Origin: an uncultured Candidatus Poseidoniales archaeon
GTDB lineage: Archaea; Thermoplasmatota; Poseidoniia; Poseidoniales; CAYMED01
NCBI GenBank assembly: GCA_964389655.1
Contig: CAYMED010000010.1
Location: forward strand, 1-64,000
DNA length: 64,000 bases
Direction: 5' to 3'
Shown: positions 17,888-27,532 of the stretch, in pieces
Layout of the letters: the number at the start of each line of letters is the position of its first letter
Numbering within the stretch: the stretch's first letter is position 1
Position numbers and translations under genes: made by a program
Notes under the pieces: generated by a model
What the model was told of the DNA's origin: nothing
What the model saw: only the letters and a program-made list of their open reading frames with translations
The model's database searches: none

Positions 17888-17988
17888 ATGATTAACTAAA
17901 TGCTTCAGAAGAAATGAGGCGAAATACAGCGATAATGCTCTCAGTCACCGGTGGACAGACCTAAGAGCACCCCCGTGCACCCAATGCC

Positions 17989-19557
17989 ATGGCATTGACA
18001 ATCGAACCATTGGCTAGCATTGCCGCTGGCGGTCTAATTGCAGCAGTTGATGTTTGTCCGGAAGGGAGATGTGCTGCATTTGCCACACAAGAAGGAACAA
18101 TTTCCTGCCTCAATCCAGATGGCGGAGAACGTTGGAGCACTGATATTGGGGACAGGCCGCGAGGTGTGGTCATTGGCCAGGCTCACATTTTTGTCATATT
18201 TGCGCGTAGAGGCCTTATCCAATTCGATCCAAACACTGGCGAAATAGTTTCAGAAAGCACCTATGAGGGTGGGTGCTTGTATATGACCTCGGATGAAGAT
18301 CGCTCGATGATTGTCATACTCGATGGAACTCGCAGGATTCGAATTCTAGATTATCGCGGAAATGAAACAAGTTCAGCGTCTTGTGGTGAAACCGTCTCAC
18401 TTATTGTAGATCCATCAGGCCGCTCAATTGCATCCATAAGTGAAGAAACTGAAGTTCAAGTCCTAGACAGATCTGGCCATTCTCGCTGGGTGATCGCACC
18501 CAAAGAAGATGAGCGAAACCGGATATTAGGTGCGACATTCCATTCCAATGGCGATCTCATAGTGGCGCGAGAATTGCTTTCATTAAGTCAAAATCCAGAT
18601 GATGAAAATACGCTTGAAGTATATTCATTCTCAGAAGGGGAATGCGTACAAAAATACGGTGTATCTGCTCGGATTCATGACGTCTTGACGAGTGGAGACA
18701 ACATCATTGCAGGTCTATCAAGTGGAGAAGTAACCTCAATCAATATGCTCACTCACGAAAATGAAGAAAGTAGAATTTATTCTGGAATCTACCCCGCACA
18801 TGGCATCTACGAGTTATCTGGAGCCATTCATGTCGCGACTTGGTTCCATTTTCTTCGGCTTGATCCAAAAAGTGCTGATCCAAGTTGGTCTATTGAGCAT
18901 ACAGGAATCATAGAACACGTGGCTTCAAGCCTCGATGGCCGTTTGGTAATTCTCAGCGGGAATAATCAGGATAATGTAGGGGGAGAGCATGACATACTTC
19001 TCATCGATCCAAAATCAGAGCCAAAGATGTTGGTTGAAAATGAATTGGATGATGACCTAATTCTTGGAATTGATATCGAAGATGGAGAAGAGGATGAAGT
19101 CGATGAAGATGCATGGATGGAACATCTCACCGAAGATGAACTCAATGCAGATACTCCCACCATTGCTAGAGATGAACTCTTAGCAGATCTAGGCGATGAG
19201 GGAAGCGCAGATAATGAAAATATTTCTTCTGAAGAAATAGATCCAATGAGCCTCCTTGAAAGCCTCAACACGGAAGTTGAAGGAAGAAATATTCCCCCTG
19301 TATGTGATGCTGGCGATGATACCGAAGTCACAGCAGAAGATGATGGAACTGCCATTGTTGTCCTCGATGGTTCTCGAAGCCATGACCCTGACGGCCAGAT
19401 CATCTATTGGCAGTGGAAAGACGACACTGGCCGCCTCGTTGGAGATTCCTCCAAAATCAAAGTCAAGCTGAGCCGCGGCAGCCATGTATTCCAATTGACT
19501 GTTACCGACAATGACCATGCATCGACAACAGACCAAGTCATGGTAGATATTGTCTGA
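17989..19557 (+). CDS. Beta-propeller (WD40/PQQ-like) protein with acidic linker and C-terminal PKD domain
   Basis: Repeated propeller-like blades; D/E-rich linker; NIPPVCDAG...LDGSRSHDPDG..YWQW...FQLTVTDND PKD motif. Confidence 0.7.
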   Translation: MALTIEPLASIAAGGLIAAVDVCPEGRCAAFATQEGTISCLNPDGGERWSTDIGDRPRGVVIGQAHIFVIFARRGLIQFDPNTGEIVSESTYEGGCLYMTSDEDRSMIVILDGTRRIRILDYRGNETSSASCGETVSLIVDPSGRSIASISEETEVQVLDRSGHSRWVIAPKEDERNRILGATFHSNGDLIVARELLSLSQNPDDENTLEVYSFSEGECVQKYGVSARIHDVLTSGDNIIAGLSSGEVTSINMLTHENEESRIYSGIYPAHGIYELSGAIHVATWFHFLRLDPKSADPSWSIEHTGIIEHVASSLDGRLVILSGNNQDNVGGEHDILLIDPKSEPKMLVENELDDDLILGIDIEDGEEDEVDEDAWMEHLTEDELNADTPTIARDELLADLGDEGSADNENISSEEIDPMSLLESLNTEVEGRNIPPVCDAGDDTEVTAEDDGTAIVVLDGSRSHDPDGQIIYWQWKDDTGRLVGDSSKIKVKLSRGSHVFQLTVTDNDHASTTDQVMVDIV

Positions 19558-19574
19558 ATTTTCAAAATCGAATT

Positions 19575-20522
19575 TCAGCCAAGAATGTGGCCAATCTGCG
19601 CCTCGAATACAGGTAATACATCTTCCCATGAGCCTACGATCCCATAGTCTGCGATCTTAAAAATAGGAGCATCAGCATCTTTGTTAATCGCAACGATGTA
19701 CTTTGATGAACGCATCCCAGCGAGGTGCTGAATTGCTCCTGAAATTCCAACTGCGATGTAGAGTGAGGGGTTGACTGTTTTCCCCGTTTGTCCAACTTGC
19801 ATGCTGTGAGGTATTGGATCCCATGTGTCAACTGCTGCGCGGCTTGCACCGACTGCAGCACCCATCAAATCTGCAAGGCGCTCAAGATGACTGAAATTCT
19901 CAGGTGAGCCCATTCCACGTCCCCCTGAAATCACCACATCTGCTTCTGTAACATCAAGACGCGCAGTTGCCCTATCAATCGCCTCTTGCACAACAACAGA
20001 GGCTTGGACATCATGCGAAATCACCGAAACTTCTGCCGAGCCGCCCCCATCTGCTGCTGACCAAATATTCGATCGAATGGAAACAACACAAGGTATTGAG
20101 GCCTCACTTGTTTCAATCACTTTTCCGGCTAGCAGTGGCCGTGAAATGGTTAGAGAAGGGCCACCCACTATCGCTGTCGCATCTTGCACAACTGGAAGAT
20201 CGCGACGAAGTGCAAGTCTAGCGCATAAATCAACACTTAGTGGGGTCGAAGCCGCAATGAAGGATCCTTCAGGTGTTGCAGCATCGATTGCTTGTGCCCA
20301 TGTTGCACTATCATATGATGAAAAGGCGGGGCCTTGGATCGCGATGACGCGCTCGACTCCACTGACCTTTGCAACATCTTCTGCCGCAGAGGTGGGATTA
20401 TTTCCACAGACAACAACTGTGCATGAAGGGGAGATCGCTTGGGAAGCGGAAATTGCTTCTAATGCATTCTTCCGGATGGTCCCTTGTTCATCGATTTCTG
20501 CTATAACCGTAACGCTTGACAT
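19575..20522 (-). CDS. etfA: Electron transfer flavoprotein alpha subunit
   Basis: SGGRGMG, GASRAAVD, QVGQTGKTV, LYIAVGISGAIQHLAGM, AINKDADAPIF. Confidence 0.96.
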   Translation of the reverse strand: MSSVTVIAEIDEQGTIRKNALEAISASQAISPSCTVVVCGNNPTSAAEDVAKVSGVERVIAIQGPAFSSYDSATWAQAIDAATPEGSFIAASTPLSVDLCARLALRRDLPVVQDATAIVGGPSLTISRPLLAGKVIETSEASIPCVVSIRSNIWSAADGGGSAEVSVISHDVQASVVVQEAIDRATARLDVTEADVVISGGRGMGSPENFSHLERLADLMGAAVGASRAAVDTWDPIPHSMQVGQTGKTVNPSLYIAVGISGAIQHLAGMRSSKYIVAINKDADAPIFKIADYGIVGSWEDVLPVFEAQIGHILG

Positions 20523-20534
20523 AGGAATCCCTCC

Positions 20535-21284
20535 TCAAATCACCTTGGCTTCTTCACGCAACAAGCGCACAACATCATTGGCAGATTCTGCACCATCAAA
20601 CATCTTCCCTGCGGGTTTCACGGCGGGTAGTTCTGATTTTATTCTACGAACGCGGACAGAATGTTCCTGCAAAGTAGATGTTTCAATTGAGGCTTTTTTT
20701 GCCATCATAATACCCTTTACATTGGGCCGGCGTAACTCAGGGAGGCCCTTGTCGCAAGTTACCACAACTGGCAGATTGGATCGCACTTTTTCAAGGCCAA
20801 AGAGGCCGATCCGTACCGCATCGATGTGCTCTTCATCGAGGGAGTATGAAGATACATGAGATACACAATTCCATCCAAGAAGTTCGGCAACACCGGGTCC
20901 CGTGGTACCCATGTTACTATCAGATGATGCCTTGCCTGCATAGACCACGGTGGCTCCAACATCTTTGATCATCGAAGAGAGAGCCTTTGCAGTTGCATTT
21001 GCATCAAAATCAGCAGCAGAATCATCCCAAAGTCGGATAAGACGCTTGACACCCACTGCAGCCGCATCTTTGAGCATCTTATCTGCACGGGCAGGACCCA
21101 TCGTAATGGCAATGACTTCCCCCCCACATGACTCCGCATGAGTAAGTGCGGCTTCGAGTGCGTATTCATCATATGGGCTCATTGACCATTTTCCGATAGA
21201 TGACTCATCCACATTTCCATCTTGGACATTGATGGTTGCCGTCGTATCTGGGACTTGCTTGATGAGAACCGCGATGACAGTCAT
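20535..21284 (-). CDS. etfB: Electron transfer flavoprotein beta subunit
   Basis: KQVPD, PYDEYALEAAL, GIMMAKK. Confidence 0.95.
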   Translation of the reverse strand: MTVIAVLIKQVPDTTATINVQDGNVDESSIGKWSMSPYDEYALEAALTHAESCGGEVIAITMGPARADKMLKDAAAVGVKRLIRLWDDSAADFDANATAKALSSMIKDVGATVVYAGKASSDSNMGTTGPGVAELLGWNCVSHVSSYSLDEEHIDAVRIGLFGLEKVRSNLPVVVTCDKGLPELRRPNVKGIMMAKKASIETSTLQEHSVRVRRIKSELPAVKPAGKMFDGAESANDVVRLLREEAKVI

Positions 21285-21416
21285 ATTTGGACCTCGGTGA
21301 TCCGCGGACTGGCATGATGTCCTTGAATATCTCGCTACATCGTCCTAGGCATGTTCTAGAATCTCAAGAACCTTCCAAATGAGATATACTCCGATAGAGG
21401 AGTTAGATTATAGATC

Positions 21417-22361
21417 GTGGTCATTGAATTTCCGATCACCCAAGTGGGCAATGACGTGAGTGACATGAAATGGAAATCCATCCACATGCCTGATCAAAAG
21501 GGAAAAACGGCAATTGTCACCGGTTCAAACAGTGGCATTGGATATCATATGGCCCATGACCTCGCTGCTAAGGGTGCCAAAGTTACTTTAGCCTGTAGAA
21601 ATGCTGAAAGAGCGGAATATGCCAGAAAAAAAATTCTTGCATCTTGCCCTAACGCAGAACTCAAAATACACTTGCTGGACCTTGCAGACTTGAGCAGTGT
21701 GAGAGATTTTTCTGATACATTCATGAATTCAAACGATCGGTTGGATCTCCTGATCAACAATGCAGGAGTCATGATACCCCCTTACTCGAAGACAAAAGAT
21801 GGATTTGAATTGCAATTTGGAACGAATTTTCTCGGACACTTCGCCCTCACTGGACATTTACTTCCTTTGCTGGAAGAAACCACATCTAGCAGAATTGTAA
21901 GTGTTTCAAGCATTGCCCATAACATGGGTGTTATCGACTTTGATGACATTCAAAGTGAAAGGAAAAAGTACAACAAATGGGCAACATATTCTCAAAGCAA
22001 ACTGGCATGCTTGATGTTCGCGATCGAACTTGACAAAAGGCTCAAACATTCAAAATCGACCACAATATCCTTGGCAAGTCATCCTGGATACTCTGCCACT
22101 AAACTCCAGAGACACTCGCTTTTTTGGCGAACTGCGAACATTTTCTTTGCCATGAACAGCAAGAAAGGTGCTGCCCCTACACTGTATGCCGCATCAATGC
22201 CCGATGCCAGAGAGCACATCTATTGGGGCCCAGTAGGCTTCATGGAAATGAGAGGTTGGACTGGAAAATCAAAAGTTAATCCAAAGGCGATGATTGAAGA
22301 AGATGGAAATCGCTTGTGGGCATTGGCAGAAAGGCTCACTGCAATCCAATATCTCTCCTAA
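21417..22361 (+). CDS. Short-chain dehydrogenase/reductase (retinol dehydrogenase-like)
   Basis: TGSNSGIG, LINNAGV, FGTNFLGHF, YSQSK, HPG. The true start may be slightly downstream (near 21457-21466). Confidence 0.9.
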   Translation: MVIEFPITQVGNDVSDMKWKSIHMPDQKGKTAIVTGSNSGIGYHMAHDLAAKGAKVTLACRNAERAEYARKKILASCPNAELKIHLLDLADLSSVRDFSDTFMNSNDRLDLLINNAGVMIPPYSKTKDGFELQFGTNFLGHFALTGHLLPLLEETTSSRIVSVSSIAHNMGVIDFDDIQSERKKYNKWATYSQSKLACLMFAIELDKRLKHSKSTTISLASHPGYSATKLQRHSLFWRTANIFFAMNSKKGAAPTLYAASMPDAREHIYWGPVGFMEMRGWTGKSKVNPKAMIEEDGNRLWALAERLTAIQYLS

Positions 22362-22399
22362 AGTGAAAAACCATAACCTGTAAGAGACAGGGCCGAGTT

Positions 22400-25300
22400 A
22401 TGCACCCTCGTATTTGTGTTGGGCTCCTCATCATGTTCTTGCTGTCAATTACCGCACCAATGGCTGATTTGACAAGAAATAAGACACCTGAGACTGTGCT
22501 TAAAGAGCCCTTGGGCCAACTCCATTATGGGTCTGCTTCAATGAATTCACCAATGATGCTAGCGGGTTCAATTTATTCCAATCAAACACTTACGCTCGAT
22601 AGTTACGGAGCTTGCGCTATTTTAGATGACCTGAATGTATGGTGTTGGGGGTCAATGTCCAACAGTGTGAGAGATCAGTCATGGAATTCGACCTTGTACG
22701 CTGAATCTCCGTACAAACTGGACAAAATGGAACTGCCCAATGGGACGACACCAATCAGCATTGATGGTGGGGGACAAGGCGATGTCTGTGTCATCCTCAG
22801 TAACTCTAACCTTTCTTGTTGGGGAACAAATTACTGGGGGGTCAGGGGTGATGGAACAACTTCTTGGAATTATACTCCTAATGAATTCACACTTCCTGGA
22901 GGAATAGGTGCCAGAGCTGTTTCTCTTGGCACTTATGGAACAACATGTGCGATTGGTGATGACCTCAATGCATATTGCTGGGGGAATTCAGAACGAGGGA
23001 AGATCGGACATGGAAATAATGGTTCATCTTCATGTGGACCCTCCCACTGGACCACTGACAATACATGTGAATTGAACATCAGCCAAGTCCTCATTCCAGA
23101 TCAGAAAAGTGTCATCTCAATCTCAGTAGGAGCCTATCATGTATGCGCAATCACAGAAGATAACGACCTGTATTGCTGGGGAGGTAACCGATGGGGACAA
23201 TTAGGTGATGGAACATGTAGTCCTGACCCTTCATACGGTCATGGGACGACTTGGTCTTCAACAACATGTACCGGATATAACCGAAGCATGCCGTACAAAG
23301 TCCCATTCGCTGGAGGAATTGGAGCAACAAGCGTTTCACTACATTCAGCATTCACCTGTGCGACATTGACCAATCAAACCACATCATGTTGGGGTGATGG
23401 ACTGTATGGTGTCCTAGGCCAGGGTATGGGATATCCACAGGAGACGGCGAACTACCATACTCCACAAACAGTACTTATTCCATCAAATGTGAAACCAGTC
23501 AGTGTTTCTGTTTCTGATCGCCAGTCATGTGCTCTTTCCGATATAGGAGATATTTATTGTTGGGGATTCCATGAATTCGGAGGACTAGGAAATGGGACAA
23601 GATGTGAGCAAAATGGTCCTTCATGGTGTAACGCCAACGGGGTAGGAGTGAGCACTCCTACAAAAGTCAACGACAGTTCAGATCAATCTCCTTTTGTTGG
23701 AATCGTATTGGGCCACCAGCATGCTTGCGCGATCACAGAGAGTGAGAACATCGAGTGTTGGGGACATAATCAATATGGCCAACTCGGCAGAGGTTACACA
23801 TGTGATTCATTTTCCTCAATCCAGGCTACTTACTCTTGCACTGAAGGGCATGAACCAAGTGAAACATGGAGTCCAATGAAATTGAATATCTCAAGTAATG
23901 ATATTACAAACAGTACAGGGAATGAACTAGCAAAGTATGATGATCTCGATCCTGACGGTGATGGAGCATTATCGTACCAAGACCGATATCCGCTCGATGC
24001 AGCACGTTCAGTGTACTGCACGAAAGGGACATATGGTCTTCTTGCTTGTACTGATGCATCTCCTGGATTCTATGTTGAAACCGATGGGGCAGTAAACCAA
24101 ACAGCCTGCCCTGCAGGGACTTCCTCTTCGGCAGTTGCAGCGAAAAACGCCTCGACATGCGTTACAGTTGACAAGGGATTCTACGCTACATTAGGAAGTT
24201 CCATGCCCACCCCGTGCCCCACAAACACCACGACGAATTCAACCGGGGCTACAAGCCTAGAGGATTGCCTTCCCGATCTTGATGGTGATGGCGTGGTAGA
24301 CCCTCCAGACGCTGATAATGACGGTGTGAGCGATGTAGATGATTTGTGCCCAAATACCGGTTCAGGTGAATGGGTTGACGGAGATGGATGTACTGGCGCC
24401 CAGCGTGACATTGATGGAGACGGTGTGGACAACTGGGACGATTTGTGCCCGAACACCGATCCTAGCGTATGGGCTAACAACGATGGATGCGCTGCCAACC
24501 AACTTGACGATGATGAAGATGGTGTGAGTAATGCAGACGATGATTGCGGCGACACCGAGGAAGGTGCGTCGGTCGACGCCGGTGGATGCACTGACACCCA
24601 GCGTGGCGAGCTTGACGATGATGAAGACGGTGTCATCAATGCGGGTGATTTGTGTCCAAACACCGATTCTGATGAATGGTGGGTTGACGAAAATGGTTGC
24701 GCTGACAGCCAACTTGACAATGATGGAGACGGTCTCAGCAATTCGGAGGATTCGTGCCGCGATGAGAATGCTACAGGGTATGATACCGATGGTGATGGAT
24801 GTCTAGATGAATTTGACGCAGTCGGCGTGAATGATGTTGTGGTCGGGTGTATCAACTATGATTCTGTTATATTTGTTGATGAAAATGGATGCTTCGACAA
24901 CCAACTTGACGATGATGGAGACGGAACAATGAATGATGCAGATATTTGCCCTGGACACGATGATGCAATCGATGTTGATGCCGATGGAATCGTCGATGGT
25001 TGTGACTCCCTCGTCGATTCAGATGGTGATGGCGTTGGAGATAATGCAGATGCATTCCCAGATGATGCGAATGAAACTGTAGATACAGATGGGGATGGTG
25101 TTGGAGATAATGCAGATGCATTCCCAGATGATGCGAATGAAACTGAAGACCCCGATCCCGATGGCGATGGAATCTGTACAGAAAATAGGGCAGTTGCTGG
25201 CGTTTGCTTCAAGGGCCCTGATCCCAATCCAAATGGGAACAAAGTCGTATTTCCGTGGGGAAACTCTACTTATACATCATCTTGCAGCCTTGGAGTGATA

Positions 25301-25891
25301 AATTCAATGCAGCGATATCTAGGTGATTCATCCAATTCAGCCCCTGATCCGCTTACGAATGAATGGATTCAGCAATTCGCTCCTCAAGATCAAGTTTGGT
25401 TTGCAAATGAGACCTATCCTGTAGAGCACATTTTGGTCATATTGAACCTGCCAGAGCTACAGCATCCACTAATTGATCATACTGATGGCATGGTTGCATT
25501 CACAGAGTCAAATGTACCCTATGCAAAGGTCCAACATAATTTATCAATTGTGCTTGAGAAAGACGATCTTGGTAAAACGGGACGGTATCTCATCACGTGT
25601 GCATCTGAATTCAATGAGGAGGTGACGATTTGGTATAATTCAACTAACATTTCAGCATCTTGGTCATTCACGGTAGAAGTTGATAAAGGTGAATTCAGGG
25701 AGCCATTCATTTTTGGAGAGTACGAGGAGATCATTGGACCAGATGACCAAGAATGTGAATCTGGAGAGGAAAGGGATCAATGCGACGATACGCCAATCGA
25801 TCTCACAGTCATTGTAATTGGATGTCTCATCATCACTGCATTTGTTGCCAAACCAAGAACAATTGATGGAAGGCGACTTGATGAGATCTAA
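22400..25891 (+). CDS. Secreted surface protein: RCC1 beta-propeller, Cys-rich ephrin-receptor-like repeats, thrombospondin type-3 Ca-binding repeats, C-terminal membrane anchor
   Basis: Signal peptide; seven CWG-containing RCC1 blades (GxNxxGQLG); CPAGT/CPTNTTT repeats; many DxDGDGV.D..DxCP repeats; C-terminal TM followed by KPR..RR. Confidence 0.85.
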   Translation: MHPRICVGLLIMFLLSITAPMADLTRNKTPETVLKEPLGQLHYGSASMNSPMMLAGSIYSNQTLTLDSYGACAILDDLNVWCWGSMSNSVRDQSWNSTLYAESPYKLDKMELPNGTTPISIDGGGQGDVCVILSNSNLSCWGTNYWGVRGDGTTSWNYTPNEFTLPGGIGARAVSLGTYGTTCAIGDDLNAYCWGNSERGKIGHGNNGSSSCGPSHWTTDNTCELNISQVLIPDQKSVISISVGAYHVCAITEDNDLYCWGGNRWGQLGDGTCSPDPSYGHGTTWSSTTCTGYNRSMPYKVPFAGGIGATSVSLHSAFTCATLTNQTTSCWGDGLYGVLGQGMGYPQETANYHTPQTVLIPSNVKPVSVSVSDRQSCALSDIGDIYCWGFHEFGGLGNGTRCEQNGPSWCNANGVGVSTPTKVNDSSDQSPFVGIVLGHQHACAITESENIECWGHNQYGQLGRGYTCDSFSSIQATYSCTEGHEPSETWSPMKLNISSNDITNSTGNELAKYDDLDPDGDGALSYQDRYPLDAARSVYCTKGTYGLLACTDASPGFYVETDGAVNQTACPAGTSSSAVAAKNASTCVTVDKGFYATLGSSMPTPCPTNTTTNSTGATSLEDCLPDLDGDGVVDPPDADNDGVSDVDDLCPNTGSGEWVDGDGCTGAQRDIDGDGVDNWDDLCPNTDPSVWANNDGCAANQLDDDEDGVSNADDDCGDTEEGASVDAGGCTDTQRGELDDDEDGVINAGDLCPNTDSDEWWVDENGCADSQLDNDGDGLSNSEDSCRDENATGYDTDGDGCLDEFDAVGVNDVVVGCINYDSVIFVDENGCFDNQLDDDGDGTMNDADICPGHDDAIDVDADGIVDGCDSLVDSDGDGVGDNADAFPDDANETVDTDGDGVGDNADAFPDDANETEDPDPDGDGICTENRAVAGVCFKGPDPNPNGNKVVFPWGNSTYTSSCSLGVINSMQRYLGDSSNSAPDPLTNEWIQQFAPQDQVWFANETYPVEHILVILNLPELQHPLIDHTDGMVAFTESNVPYAKVQHNLSIVLEKDDLGKTGRYLITCASEFNEEVTIWYNSTNISASWSFTVEVDKGEFREPFIFGEYEEIIGPDDQECESGEERDQCDDTPIDLTVIVIGCLIITAFVAKPRTIDGRRLDEI
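25016..25147 (+). repeat. 66-bp near-identical tandem duplication within the TSP3 repeats
   Basis: D[S/T]DGDGVGDNADAFPDDANET[V/E] twice, with the DNA core gttggagataatgcagatgcattcccagatgatgcgaatgaaactg identical. Confidence 0.9.
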
Positions 25892-25978
25892 GTCACTTGC
25901 AAATAGGTGAATCCATTGAGATGGGTGAAAATTATTCATCGGTGGAATGCTAGAATAAGCACCATCAGGGGTGCTTGA

Positions 25979-26914
25979 TTGCTAGATTATTTCATGTTGT
26001 TCTGCACGACTCTTTTGTTCAGCGCATTAATATTATTGGTTGTGGCTTTTTTTTCCACTGGTCCAAAGACCTATGCTATTGGAGCAATCGCACTCTCTAT
26101 TTTTGTGATCTTTTGGTGGACCATTGGCACCTATTTAATCGCAAATAAGGTTCACGTAGTCAATGGCGTAGGAGCGATGGCCATTTCACTCATGCCTCTG
26201 ATTTTCATCATTCAATCTCATCGGACTTGGAAGGAAAAAGAGGAATTTGAGCCCCTAAGGTGGATCTATGGATTGCTTGGATTCACTTGTCTAGTCTACT
26301 TCACGTTTGAGAGAGTCCCTCTATTATCTGCTTCAGCAATTTACATCGTTACATTCTTTGTCCTTGCCCTACTTTTTCTGCTTGGATTCACGGAATATGG
26401 ATTTGGAAGATTGCAAATGGAGGAACTATTTTGGAGCAAGGAGCCTTTGTTCAGCAATGCAACCAAACTCGGCCTGAGTGGCCCAGGGGCGGTGAATATC
26501 ATCATGGCGTGTACTGCCCTTTCTGGGCTCGCAGGTCTCGGTTCAGCAGTAATGTGCACAAACGCAGATGCGAGACGACGCTATCGTGTGGTCCTGAAAA
26601 TATTGCCAATTCTATTCGTCGTCAATGTTATCCGAATCCTGATCCTAGTCCTGATTCTTCACTTTGCGCCGGATAGCGCAATCGGTGAACTATCCATGTT
26701 TGACCTAGTACACCACTGGATTGCAGACGTGTTTATCTTCGCCATCCTATACATACTCTTGATGGCATCCTATCGAAAAATACCCGAACTTCACATGAAT
26801 ATAAGACATGCAATCCTGATGCTCGACTTTAGAAGTCCACCCCCATGGGAAGAATTTCGTAGCACGATGGCCCTTCTCATGTCAGATGGAGAAGGACTTG
26901 TGAATGGAGTGTAA
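25979..26914 (+). CDS. Archaeosortase/exosortase-family membrane transpeptidase
   Basis: About 8 TM; conserved motifs IIMACTAL (Cys), VNVIR (Arg) and FDLVHH (His) in the archaeosortase order. Confidence 0.85.
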   Translation: MLDYFMLFCTTLLFSALILLVVAFFSTGPKTYAIGAIALSIFVIFWWTIGTYLIANKVHVVNGVGAMAISLMPLIFIIQSHRTWKEKEEFEPLRWIYGLLGFTCLVYFTFERVPLLSASAIYIVTFFVLALLFLLGFTEYGFGRLQMEELFWSKEPLFSNATKLGLSGPGAVNIIMACTALSGLAGLGSAVMCTNADARRRYRVVLKILPILFVVNVIRILILVLILHFAPDSAIGELSMFDLVHHWIADVFIFAILYILLMASYRKIPELHMNIRHAILMLDFRSPPPWEEFRSTMALLMSDGEGLVNGV

Positions 26915-26917
26915 TGA

Positions 26918-27466
26918 TTAGTTTCCCTTGGATGGTAGTGGGACATACTTACGCAGCCATGCAATCGAGATGCATAGCACAGACACAAATAGAAGTTCAA
27001 GGATGAAGTAGGGCTCATCTCCATAATGACGCTCGGTGTTGCCAAATACGGTGTCGAGAATTCTCCATTCAAGATGATGAAGGTGGAGAGGCCTGTAAGC
27101 ATACATATCCATGCACCCATCAGCAAAGCCATTCGACACACAGGAAATACTGCGCAGGATCCAATGATCCCACACGTCAAATGAGAGAGAGGAAAAAATT
27201 CCATAGCCATACCTTCGATCTTTTCGAAGCGCCCAATAGACGACTGCAGTTGCAATTAAAAGCCAAAACCAGAACACAAATTGCGAGTAAATGGAGCCTC
27301 TTGGGCTGCCATCATGGTATGTGAAAATCGCAAGTGCGTCGATGATAGCATGGGACAAAAATGCAAGAACAAGCCCCAACCATAGCCAGCCTTTCTTCCC
27401 CTTAGAGATCAGCCACCCAAAATGAATGCAGAGAACTCCCACAAGAGCATGGGCAGGGATCATCAT
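26918..27466 (-). CDS. Membrane-bound metal-dependent hydrolase-like protein
   Basis: HALVG...SHAIID...WDHW...HLHH; several TM segments. Start moved to MMIPAH (27466). Confidence 0.6.
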   Translation of the reverse strand: MMIPAHALVGVLCIHFGWLISKGKKGWLWLGLVLAFLSHAIIDALAIFTYHDGSPRGSIYSQFVFWFWLLIATAVVYWALRKDRRYGYGIFSSLSFDVWDHWILRSISCVSNGFADGCMDMYAYRPLHLHHLEWRILDTVFGNTERHYGDEPYFILELLFVSVLCISIAWLRKYVPLPSKGN

Positions 27467-27532
27467 GCAAGTCGGCGATGGGGTGCGCAGCCATAGCATT
27501 GGGCATGGGGATTTTTGGATCAATGGAGTTGC

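Noticed and set aside
20077-20859. 260-aa plus-strand ORF
   Set aside because: Antisense shadow of etfA/etfB with no recognisable motifs.
24181-25242. Ser/Pro-rich minus-strand ORFs (224 and 128 aa)
   Set aside because: Antisense read-through of Asp/Gly-rich TSP3 codons.
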